From positions 1-18,117 of the forward strand of contig JBNJGH010000069.1 of NCBI GenBank assembly GCA_051747585.1: a DNA stretch of 18,117 bases. The letters are read 5' to 3'. The notes beneath the pieces are model-generated. The model searched no databases, was not told the DNA's origin, and was given only the letters and a program-made list of their open reading frames with translations. Each line of letters starts with the position of its first letter. Within the stretch, counting starts at the first letter, position 1. Made by a program: the position numbers and the translations under genes. Shown in pieces: positions 7,630 to 16,026 of the stretch. Source of the DNA: Candidatus Rifleibacteriota bacterium. GTDB lineage: Bacteria; Muiribacteriota; Ozemobacteria; Ozemobacterales; Ozemobacteraceae.

Positions 7630-9852
7630 ATGTTAAAGAGGCAAAGAGACAGCAAAGCATTTTGGGCGTTACTTATATGGACGCTTTTGCTGCCTGTTTT
7701 TCTTAACTCTGATCTTTTTGCTCAAACTGAAAACTTAGATGATTTTATTGTTTCTGATGACGAGCAAACTCAAAATACCGGAACTGCGTCAGAAAATATT
7801 GAAGAGCAGGCGCAGGAACAACCGGCTGAGCCACCACCTCCACAAGAACCCGAGGAGCAACAAGAAGAAAAGGAATCGGCACAATTACCTGCTTTATCTG
7901 CTGATCCTGCCAAATTACTCCAGGAGGTTAAGCCTCTTTTAAAGGCAGAAAAATATCCGCGAGTAGTTAGAGAGCTATCGGGTTTTGATGACGTTCTTGC
8001 CGAATCTAAAGAACTCAGCGAAATCTATTTAGAATCTTTGATTAAATCAGAAAAAGTCAACTGGCGTGCGGCAAACAGCGCAGCCAGAGGACTCTTGCGT
8101 CATGACCGTCGCAGTTCGCTGGCAAATTATGCACTGGGGTTATATTATCAAAACTCACGAAAACCCGATCTTGGAAAAGCATTAACCTATCTTTCTAAGG
8201 CAAAGAGTGCCAAAAAGCCATATCCTGACGCGGCAATGGCTTATTATATGGCACTGGTGAAAAAATTCTGGACTATTGTGCTTGGTGCTATTGCTTTACC
8301 AATAGTTCTTATCGCTAACAAGATAAAGAAAAAAAAGGCCGCCGCCAAAAAAGAAGGTGGAAAAGAAATAAAAGAAGGCGAAGACCCCGAAGCCGGCAAA
8401 GATTTGCAATCTGAGCTTCAGGCAGCTATTTCTGAAGATTCAGGCAAAGATAAAAAATCTGGAGAAAAAACTGAAGATACAGCAGAAAAGACCGACAAAA
8501 AAAGCAAGAAAAGCAAAAAAAAGAAAAAAAGTAAAAAGAAAAAATCTGATAAAGATAAAACAAAATCCTCTGACTCAGAAAACAAAGAGGCTAATGTATC
8601 CGACTCTAAAGCAGATACTAAAGAAGAAACTGAAAAGGTAGAAGCGCAAGAGCCAAAGCAGGTTAAAACTGAAGGACAGGACCCGGAAAAAGAATCTCTT
8701 CCTGTTAATAAAGCAGAACCACAGCAAGTCGAGGTAGAGCCGAAGGGCAAAACTGAAGCTGATCCTGCAGCCGAGCCAGAGTCTGAAACTGAAACCGATA
8801 GTGAAGATTCAGAAGCTGAGTCCGAAGAGGCCGTTAAAAATAAAAACGATAAAAAAGCCCAGCTTTCAGAGGATGTTCCGGCAGACTCTTCTCCTCCCAG
8901 CCCCGATAAATATAAAAGCTTAAGTGAAAAAAGACAGGCAGAAATCGACCAGACAAAAAATTTATTGCGGGTTCAGCGCCCAGACCCGGTCGCAGCTGAC
9001 CCTGAGCTTGAAGACCTGTGGAGTAAGCTTTGTCGCAAAGCTTTAAAAGATAAAATACCGGCACATTCACGCAGTTCCTATCAGAATTCTATCGTAGGTA
9101 CGGCCGCAGGTGCCGACTCAAATTTCTACAAAGAACCTCCTGGCACAGTTGCCGGTTCGGTGGACCAGGTTTCCATAGACCTGTCAGAGGAAGCTTTAAA
9201 AGATGATCTTGTTGGAAAGCTCAAGATGCTTGCAATATCTGACGGTGAACTGAGAAGTTTGCTTGCAGAAAAAAATCCGGCACATATACCTTATTTAATT
9301 GAATATGTTTTGTCTCGTCCTGAGCCGGTTAGACTCGCTCTGGTAGCGCGAGAGCTGGGTAATTATAAAGATCCCTCTGTTATAGATACCCTGGCAAGTC
9401 TTTTGTATCATGATGACCATCGTGTCGGTCTGGCAGCGATTCAGGGACTTGAAAAAACCGGTAATCCTCAGGCTGTAATGCATATTTGTCCATTTTTGAA
9501 ATCAGAAATTCCTTTGTTGGCTCAGGCAGCACGTAATGCACTCAACAATTTTGGCGCCGCTAAAATACTTCAGGCATTTATTTCTCTACCTCAACATCCG
9601 GATAAGCGAATCAGAGAGGCAGGGGTGTTTGTTCTTTCAAGAATGAAAGGTAAGAAAGTTGAGCAACTTTTGATTCAAATGCTTAATGACGATGATGAAG
9701 AAATTAGAGAAAAGGTTGTTCTTGCAATGTCTTATCAGAAAAACCCTGTTTATATCGATGCTTTGCGTGAATTCTTCCGAATCGCATCCGGTGCTGATAA
9801 AACCTTGGCCCGCAAAGCCATTGTATATTTACAGGAATTTGCCCGCAAGTAA
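7630..9852 (+). CDS. Single-pass membrane protein: signal peptide, TPR-like helical region, TM, long charged low-complexity linker, C-terminal HEAT repeats
   Basis: N-terminal WALLIWTLLLPVFL..LFA signal; TPR-like ANYALGLYY..KALTYLSKA; TM FWTIVLGAIALPIVLIA followed by KIKKKK; HEAT-like units such as LASLLYHDDHRVGLAAIQGL, HPDKRIREAGVFVL and LIQMLNDDDEEIREKVVLAM. Confidence 0.85.
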   Translation: MLKRQRDSKAFWALLIWTLLLPVFLNSDLFAQTENLDDFIVSDDEQTQNTGTASENIEEQAQEQPAEPPPPQEPEEQQEEKESAQLPALSADPAKLLQEVKPLLKAEKYPRVVRELSGFDDVLAESKELSEIYLESLIKSEKVNWRAANSAARGLLRHDRRSSLANYALGLYYQNSRKPDLGKALTYLSKAKSAKKPYPDAAMAYYMALVKKFWTIVLGAIALPIVLIANKIKKKKAAAKKEGGKEIKEGEDPEAGKDLQSELQAAISEDSGKDKKSGEKTEDTAEKTDKKSKKSKKKKKSKKKKSDKDKTKSSDSENKEANVSDSKADTKEETEKVEAQEPKQVKTEGQDPEKESLPVNKAEPQQVEVEPKGKTEADPAAEPESETETDSEDSEAESEEAVKNKNDKKAQLSEDVPADSSPPSPDKYKSLSEKRQAEIDQTKNLLRVQRPDPVAADPELEDLWSKLCRKALKDKIPAHSRSSYQNSIVGTAAGADSNFYKEPPGTVAGSVDQVSIDLSEEALKDDLVGKLKMLAISDGELRSLLAEKNPAHIPYLIEYVLSRPEPVRLALVARELGNYKDPSVIDTLASLLYHDDHRVGLAAIQGLEKTGNPQAVMHICPFLKSEIPLLAQAARNALNNFGAAKILQAFISLPQHPDKRIREAGVFVLSRMKGKKVEQLLIQMLNDDDEEIREKVVLAMSYQKNPVYIDALREFFRIASGADKTLARKAIVYLQEFARK

Positions 9853-9880
9853 AAAGCCAACCATAGAGCGATTTTCGGAC

Positions 9881-12800
9881 TTAAATTCTGTTCTGGATGG
9901 TTAAAATTGTTATATCATCGCGCCATGGTAAATTCATCGAAATTTGATTGAGTTTCTCTAGAATAGCGTTGGAAGGATTTCTCGAATCTTTTTCTATTGC
10001 CTCGCTGACGATCTGGCGAAATTTTTCGTGCCCGATACGCATGCCTTCTTTGTCGGTAAGGTTAACTGCTCCGTCTGAGTATAAAACGATCATCTTGTCT
10101 TCGAGAGAAATTTCATGCTGATTAAAAGTGTTGTCAGGGCCGAGACCAAGCGGAGTTGAGGGAAGACTGATAAAACTACCTGCTTTATCCGAAGACTTGT
10201 GCTTTATGGCAATCGGATAAGATTGCCCCGCATTTGCACACAACATAGAGTCATTTGTCGGATTAATAAAGCCTATAAAACAGGTTGTTAGATGTCCTTT
10301 CTCATAATATGGCAGCAGAATCTGGTTTAGTTTCTTGAGAATAAATTCGGGCTTGTCAGGAAATGAAGGACATAGAAGAGTAAAAGAAGTTTTCAGCATC
10401 GCAGTAAGATAAGCTGCTGAAATATCGTTTCCTGATATCTCTGCCAGAATTACAGCGTAATTGCCCTGTTTCAGCGGGAAATAATCAAAGAAATCACTTA
10501 AAATTATTCTGGAATTTGAGTTTGCGGTAGATATCAAATAGCTTCCACATCTGTATTCGGACTGTGGGTAAAGATTTTTGCGGATCCTTTCGGAAATGGC
10601 GAGTCTTTTAAGAATATGAGCCGAATCATTGAAGGCTGAAGCAAGTACACCAAACTCATTTTCAGAATTAACCGGAATTCGGTGATCATAGTTTCTGGCT
10701 GCCAGAGACTTAACCCCTGTCATGATGTCATTCATCGGCTCAATAAAAAGTTTAATCAGCATTTTAGCCAGAGCCAGCCCGATAATTATAACAGCTACAA
10801 ATAGTCCGAGAATTAAATATAGTCTTTGATTGTAAAGTTCATTAATCTGATTTATGGGAAAAACCTTGAGTAAAACGTAATGTTTCATGTAGGAAGCCTT
10901 TAAAACACTTACCAGACAGTCTCTTCCCTCTACCTTCATTCGCTGGGTAAAGGTTTTGAAATCACTTTTACTACGTTTAATTATTGTTTTGAACTTTTTA
11001 AACTCAAGCACAGTTGGAAAATTTGGAGCAAAAGAATGATTTGAAATTGCTCTTATGTCTTCTTCAGGATAAATTTTGTTCAATATTTCTGATCTGGATT
11101 CAAGGTCAGAGTAGAGCAGCTCAAGATATTGACGTTCATAATTTACCAGATCAACAAGAGCGGTGAATGCATACCAGGCTTCCTTTGATGGGCCTGGCAG
11201 AATGTCGAGATAAGCAAGAAAAATTTCGTCGATGCCTTGAATTCGTGTAAATTTTGATATGTTGGTGCGTGCCGATTGAAAAAGCGATTGAGAATTTGAT
11301 TCGATAATAGTGTCGACTACCAGGCGGGAGCTGGTTCTTTTTATTGGTTTGAGAATATCTCTGGATCGGTTGTAAAATTCCATCGCTGAGATGGCAGTGC
11401 TCTCGAAGAGCTTTAGAAAAGAGTCGTGGTTTTTAGGAATTTCAGGTTCAATTGGCCTGCCATTTTTATCGCCCTGGCTGAAAAGCATTTTTATATGGCT
11501 TTTACTTAGTTTTGCGTGTCTTGCTTTCCAACTTTCGAGAATTTGTTGGCGTTGCTTGTCGTTTTTCTGGTAATGACGCCTTATTTCGGCTGTGAGCAGG
11601 TTTGTAGAATAAATTACCTTACTGGCCGACGATACGACATGTATACTGTCAGTATCAAAGTTAAGATAGAGCTCTTTAGCTTTTTCTCTTATGGCATCAG
11701 GATCTTGCACAACTTCCTGTATCTCTTTTGAAAACTTTCTTAACTGCAGAAGTCTTGAAGTTATAAATCTCTGAAAGCTCGAATCTATCTCCGCAAGGCG
11801 CCGGTAGTTTTTTTGTTTTATTTCTGCTGTAAGGGAATGTTTGAATTCAAACATATATTGTACAGCTAAAAACGCGGCGGCCATAAGAGGTAGCGCATAA
11901 CAAAGTGCATATAAGCCCGAAAGTCTCTGTCTTACATTGTGTTGAAACCTTAGTTCCAAAACAACGATGCGGTAACTGAGTTTTAGAAATATAAAACTCA
12001 CAATTATAAATAGAATAATAATGGTAGTAAGAATGTAACTGGAAACCGAAGGAACCTCTTTGGCTCCCGCTACAAGTATATATTCATCGAAGCGCTCCAG
12101 ACTTATAAGAAGATTCTTAATTTGAAATTGATTGACGGGATATTGTTTAAAATAGGCCAGGAGCTCGTCGGGAGTTAAATCTTTTAAAACATCTGGAAGG
12201 TTGGAATCGCCATCGGAATTTACGAACCCGAAGTTTTTTTTCTGATTTTCCTGCAGTGTGAGGTTAAGAATTCGTTCGTTTTTAATATTTTCAGCATGAA
12301 CAAAAATAAGTATTCCAGCTACAAACTCTCGATTTATTGATTTGTCGCAATTATAAAAACAGTAAGAAAACCTGTCAGGATTACCCAGGTTTATGACTTC
12401 TCCTTTTTGTTCTCTTGTATAATTAACTGACAAATCTGGATAGGGTAAAAAATTACCAATTTTTTCCAGATCTTTGCGAAGAATTTCAACATTTGCTTGA
12501 AATTCGGAATTGATTACTTTAAAAAAGATTTCGTGCTCATCTTTTGCACCTTTGAGTTCCAGTATTTCCCCTTTTCCGTTAAAGAGATAAATTTCCATAA
12601 GCTGGTTTGGCCAGGTATTTTTATACTCATCAATTATTCTTTCAAGTATTTCCTTATTGGCAGGCAAACCTTTCAGTTGGGCAAAAAGCTTATTGAAACC
12701 AGGCTGGAAAAATGTTTCAGGTGCGCTGTTGTAAATATAATTATCTAGCTGGTTGTTGAGTTCAGAATAAATTTCCTGTGATTTTTGTTTTATTCGATCC

Positions 12801-12937
12801 TTTAAATATAAATTAATACCCGCCCAGAATATGCTTGACGGAATTCCCCAGATTAAAACAACTATTAACAACCAGCGAATAAACCTTCTACCTGAGTCTT
12901 TTTTGGGCGATGAACTGGTCTTGTAACCGGAACTCAT
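9881..12937 (-). CDS. Membrane sensor with HAMP and a SpoIIE/PP2C-family phosphatase domain (1018 aa; partly divergent active site)
   Basis: Four TM segments; HAMP ENEFGVLASAFND; PP2C motifs SDFFDY, AEISGND, CANAGQ..P, PLGL, LYSDG and DDIT. The start is placed at ATG 12937 (ATGA overlap with the upstream gene, SD-like AGAGGA) instead of 13006. Confidence 0.9.
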   Translation of the reverse strand: MSSGYKTSSSPKKDSGRRFIRWLLIVVLIWGIPSSIFWAGINLYLKDRIKQKSQEIYSELNNQLDNYIYNSAPETFFQPGFNKLFAQLKGLPANKEILERIIDEYKNTWPNQLMEIYLFNGKGEILELKGAKDEHEIFFKVINSEFQANVEILRKDLEKIGNFLPYPDLSVNYTREQKGEVINLGNPDRFSYCFYNCDKSINREFVAGILIFVHAENIKNERILNLTLQENQKKNFGFVNSDGDSNLPDVLKDLTPDELLAYFKQYPVNQFQIKNLLISLERFDEYILVAGAKEVPSVSSYILTTIIILFIIVSFIFLKLSYRIVVLELRFQHNVRQRLSGLYALCYALPLMAAAFLAVQYMFEFKHSLTAEIKQKNYRRLAEIDSSFQRFITSRLLQLRKFSKEIQEVVQDPDAIREKAKELYLNFDTDSIHVVSSASKVIYSTNLLTAEIRRHYQKNDKQRQQILESWKARHAKLSKSHIKMLFSQGDKNGRPIEPEIPKNHDSFLKLFESTAISAMEFYNRSRDILKPIKRTSSRLVVDTIIESNSQSLFQSARTNISKFTRIQGIDEIFLAYLDILPGPSKEAWYAFTALVDLVNYERQYLELLYSDLESRSEILNKIYPEEDIRAISNHSFAPNFPTVLEFKKFKTIIKRSKSDFKTFTQRMKVEGRDCLVSVLKASYMKHYVLLKVFPINQINELYNQRLYLILGLFVAVIIIGLALAKMLIKLFIEPMNDIMTGVKSLAARNYDHRIPVNSENEFGVLASAFNDSAHILKRLAISERIRKNLYPQSEYRCGSYLISTANSNSRIILSDFFDYFPLKQGNYAVILAEISGNDISAAYLTAMLKTSFTLLCPSFPDKPEFILKKLNQILLPYYEKGHLTTCFIGFINPTNDSMLCANAGQSYPIAIKHKSSDKAGSFISLPSTPLGLGPDNTFNQHEISLEDKMIVLYSDGAVNLTDKEGMRIGHEKFRQIVSEAIEKDSRNPSNAILEKLNQISMNLPWRDDITILTIQNRI

Positions 12938-15810
12938 GTCTTTTGATCCTCTTTCTGCAGGTGAACAATGATTAAGCTGGCCGAATCTACAAAATCTCCC
13001 CGACAATGATTTTCTGCTTCAGACTGTAGGGTAGATTTCGCTTCGCTGATATTCTTTCTGGCTAGCGAAGGCACAATTTCTTTGAGCTTTTCATTGCAGT
13101 TGGCTGATAATATTGGCGATAATATCAAAGCTTTCATGCCTTTTCCAAAATAAATTTCATTCGAAGACTGCGAATAAAAATCTGAGCTGCCCAGCGAATC
13201 TGCCTCAAATTCCAGCTTGTGTAGCTTTATATTCTCTGAGTCGATAAGAAAAGCAGTTATCTCACCGCAGCCTGCATAATTAAGTTTTTCTTCAGCATGG
13301 TTAAAAATGCCCAGGAAAAAATCTCCGCCAAGTTGCCTTCTCAAATTGATTCTGAAATATTCTTCCAGAGTTTTTAAAATATTATAACTAGTATTTACGT
13401 TAAGTTCTTCTGAAATAAGCCTTATGGCCATTCTGGCCATAGAAAGGTTTAGAGACCCCTCTATGCCGGTCTGGTTTGTTCTCATAAAAAATACGAGGCT
13501 GTTTTCTTTATCCATATTGGAAAAATGGTAAATTTCTTTTTCATCCGCACTTTTGGAAATCTGAAAACCATCGCAAATAAGATTCCCATTTTTAAGTGCC
13601 ACTGGTGGAAGCAGATGTTTCTTTATCGAGCGCCCTTCGTTAAACTCTCTTACTTTGATGATCAAATCAGCAAGCCCGGTCGAAATGCTTTCCAATTCAT
13701 TGCCTTCAGGAACAACCAGTTTCTGTTGCTGCGCAGATCCCGATAGTGCCCCGGCGCATTGGGCAAGATTAGATATAGGTGTAATTAGTGACCTTACAAG
13801 CATTCCACTAAGCACCGCAATAAAAATTATTGCAAGTATTGTTGCTGCTATAAAAAGTATCGTCAGCTGATTTGCTTCATTTTTTATTGCGCCCAGAGGC
13901 ATGATAAGAAAAAGGTTGTAATTCCTGAGGTTCGAACCCGGTGTTGCCGCTACCAAAACCTCTTTTTTATTGATGCGACCTATTTTGAAACTTGATACCT
14001 GGGTTTGATTTACCAGATCTTGAAGTTTCCATAATGGTAGTTCTCTTGACATTGAATATCTTGGGAAAAAATGACTTTTGATGGCGGCTGATTTGGGAAA
14101 AGCAGCCAGAGTAAATCCGGTGGCGCGATTTATTTTATTTCCTGCCGAATTTAAATAACTAATTTGTAATTTCTGAGGTTCATGAATTATAAAAAGGCAA
14201 CCTTTTGCCGTATCAGAAGCGTTTATGGCAAGGTCCATAAAGGTAATCGTTTCGTCACCGTCAAAGGTGATGTTTTGCAAAGTTGAGCGGTTGTACAAAA
14301 GGCTTTCTACCGGTCTGGCAGAAATATTGCTCACTCCTATAACATCTTGTTGTTGGGTTTTCCCTGCCTGTCGGGTAGAATTAAAGGTTTGAATTATTTG
14401 CAGAGACACAGAATTTATCAAATTGGAGTATTTTCCCTCCAGAGCTGTTATCTGACTTTCTCTTGTGTGTCGGGGGGCCCTGAAAACATAATTTCCATTC
14501 TGATCGGTAAAGCCGGCAAAGGCTATGCTACCTTCTTTATGGCCCCTTTGTAGAGGCTTGAGAATTTTCTCGGGTTTACTGTCGCGCAGGCTGAGCAGGT
14601 GACTCAGGTGCCTGTATTGCCGTAGTAAATCACCATAGGAGGCAATAAAATCCCGGTCGGTTTTTTCCAGAATTTTAATGGCTTCCTGTTTCTTTTCTGC
14701 AATGATTGATGCCTGCTTTTTATTTTGAAAAGCGGCTATGCCGGCCAGAAGAATTAAGATCCCCGTAAGGGCAGTGTAGCCGAAAATCAGTGAAAATTGA
14801 ATGCCGACTGAAAGATCCAAACGAACGTTAAATACTGTTTTCCAGATAAAAAACAGAATAAATACTGGTATAAGAATTCCGAGCAAACTAAAATATTTTT
14901 CCAGTATTTCGGGCGGTCTGGGAATGTTGCGAAAGCAAACCAGTCTTATTCCTTCCTCAGTATCGTTTAAGGCAATTAACTGATTTTCAAAAGAAAACCT
15001 GGACTTAAGCCCATTGAGACTTAAAAGTTCTTCTCCTTCGTTGCTTACCTTAAGGTTCCTGGTGCAGCTGTTGTATATAGGATTGTTCACATCAAGCCAG
15101 GCAAATCTGAAGGTGTCGCCGGCAAAATTTTGAATTTTTCTTATCGCTCGTTCTGCAAGATGGTGTTTGCTGATATTTTCCGGATCGACAAAAGCCAGAA
15201 GATAGCCGGTTTTATTATTCGGAAGTATTAATTTGAACCATGAACCAAACTTTCGTAAACCAAGACCTTGAAAATTAAGTAAAGATCCGGGAGTTTTGCT
15301 TAAGCTGTAAATAGTCGCAGAGTTGCCCGAGAATGAGGCTGCTATAGTCTGATCCAGATTAGAAATCGATTCCAGAGGATTTTTGTTTAAGGTGATAAGA
15401 ATTTTTAAAAATTTCTCAGAAATACGTCTTTTACCGATTGTGCCGCCTTGCCATGGAATTCTTTTGCCTTCAGAGTTGAAAAGATATAGATCGGTGGCCT
15501 CCTTATAACCCTTGAAAACTACATCGTTAACTTCTTCAGCCCAGCGAAAATCGTTTGCCAGACGTCTCAGTCTGTTTTCAAAAAAGGTTTTGGGTGTAGC
15601 CAGCCTTGTCAGATGAGCCGTGATTTCAGCCATTTCTTCAAGTGCTGATTCTTTTTGTTCTTTTTCAAGGCCTTGTTGCAGGTGGTCAAGAGCGACATAA
15701 AGAGCCATTAAGGGCAGAAGAACCAGCAGTATAAAAAAGCACAGGCTTCTTGGAAAGCTTTGTTTTTTTGGCTGAGATTTGCCTGAAGTTGAACCGGAAG
15801 TATTCTCCAT
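12934..15810 (-). CDS. Membrane sensor with degenerate HAMP and a degenerate SpoIIE/PP2C-like C-terminal domain (probable pseudophosphatase, 958 aa)
   Basis: Same TM spacing as the neighbour; HAMP-like TPISNL..GNELESI. The C-terminal ~230 aa is colinear with a PP2C fold (IKKHLLP, FLGIFN..KLNYAGCG, SLG, DSASLIIV), but the metal-binding motifs are largely missing. Confidence 0.78.
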   Translation of the reverse strand: MENTSGSTSGKSQPKKQSFPRSLCFFILLVLLPLMALYVALDHLQQGLEKEQKESALEEMAEITAHLTRLATPKTFFENRLRRLANDFRWAEEVNDVVFKGYKEATDLYLFNSEGKRIPWQGGTIGKRRISEKFLKILITLNKNPLESISNLDQTIAASFSGNSATIYSLSKTPGSLLNFQGLGLRKFGSWFKLILPNNKTGYLLAFVDPENISKHHLAERAIRKIQNFAGDTFRFAWLDVNNPIYNSCTRNLKVSNEGEELLSLNGLKSRFSFENQLIALNDTEEGIRLVCFRNIPRPPEILEKYFSLLGILIPVFILFFIWKTVFNVRLDLSVGIQFSLIFGYTALTGILILLAGIAAFQNKKQASIIAEKKQEAIKILEKTDRDFIASYGDLLRQYRHLSHLLSLRDSKPEKILKPLQRGHKEGSIAFAGFTDQNGNYVFRAPRHTRESQITALEGKYSNLINSVSLQIIQTFNSTRQAGKTQQQDVIGVSNISARPVESLLYNRSTLQNITFDGDETITFMDLAINASDTAKGCLFIIHEPQKLQISYLNSAGNKINRATGFTLAAFPKSAAIKSHFFPRYSMSRELPLWKLQDLVNQTQVSSFKIGRINKKEVLVAATPGSNLRNYNLFLIMPLGAIKNEANQLTILFIAATILAIIFIAVLSGMLVRSLITPISNLAQCAGALSGSAQQQKLVVPEGNELESISTGLADLIIKVREFNEGRSIKKHLLPPVALKNGNLICDGFQISKSADEKEIYHFSNMDKENSLVFFMRTNQTGIEGSLNLSMARMAIRLISEELNVNTSYNILKTLEEYFRINLRRQLGGDFFLGIFNHAEEKLNYAGCGEITAFLIDSENIKLHKLEFEADSLGSSDFYSQSSNEIYFGKGMKALILSPILSANCNEKLKEIVPSLARKNISEAKSTLQSEAENHCRGDFVDSASLIIVHLQKEDQKT

Positions 15811-15817
15811 GAACTAT

Positions 15818-15846
15818 AGTTTAAATCACAGAGTAAATAGTTGCAA
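15818..15846 (-). promoter_or_regulatory. Candidate sigma70 promoter for the SpoIIE pair, probably leaderless
   Basis: On the minus strand, TTGCAA (15846-15841), a 17-bp spacer, then TAAACT (15823-15818). Only 7 nt separate the -10 from the ATG at 15810, and there is no SD. Confidence 0.55.
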
Positions 15847-15857
15847 GATTGCAATTA

Positions 15858-15895
15858 TTTATTGGTGGTTGAGCGGAGTCTAAACCACCAATAAA
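15858..15895. repeat. REP-like hairpin, possible terminator for the upstream minus-strand gene
   Basis: Perfect 13-bp stem TTTATTGGTGGTT/AACCACCAATAAA. The loop GAGCGGAGTCTA resembles the reverse complement of the TTCGACTCCGCTC motif seen at about 15918-15958 and 17726-17738. Confidence 0.7.
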
Positions 15896-15912
15896 CGGAT
15901 ACCTGACCTGGT

Positions 15913-15961
15913 CTCCCTTCGACACTTCGACTTCGCTCAGTGCATCGCTCCGCTCAGGGAG
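15913..15961. repeat. Nested REP-like palindrome (TTCGAC-T[C/T]CGCTCAG family)
   Basis: Outer CTCCC-TTCGAC....CTCCGCTCA-GGGAG, interrupted by an inner CAC-TTCGACTTCGCTCA-GTG copy. Confidence 0.65.
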
Positions 15962-15971
15962 CGAATATGGT

Positions 15972-16025
15972 GTCATTGCGAGGAGTTCTGCGTAGCTTTG
16001 TGCGAAGCAGAGCGACGAAGCAATC
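15972..16025. repeat. REP-like element of GTCATTGCGAG...CGAAGCAATC type with an internal hairpin
   Basis: ATTGC/GCAAT arms enclosing CTGC-GTAGCTTTGTGCGAA-GCAG. It ends 1 bp from the stop codon at 16027. Confidence 0.65.
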
Positions 16026-16026
16026 C

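Noticed and set aside
8418..8750. Minus-strand 110-aa Ser/Phe/Leu-rich ORF that looks membrane-like
   Set aside because: It is the reverse complement of the Lys/Glu-rich linker codons of the HEAT protein.
9853..9880. Terminator between convergent genes (also checked at 3487-3488)
   Set aside because: No credible hairpin with a U-tract; the gaps are only 28 bp and 2 bp.
12938..13006. 23-aa N-terminal extension of the phosphatase ORF given by the ORF track
   Set aside because: It would overlap the upstream gene by 73 bp. ATG 12937, with an ATGA overlap and SD-like motif, is more plausible.
11391..14983. Several short plus-strand ORFs opposite the phosphatase pair
   Set aside because: They lie entirely within long, well-supported minus-strand genes and show no recognisable motifs.
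15858..16025. Possible CRISPR array or tRNA among the short palindromes
   Set aside because: There are no regularly spaced identical repeats with unique spacers, no cas genes, and no tRNA cloverleaf of proper size despite the TTCGA motifs.
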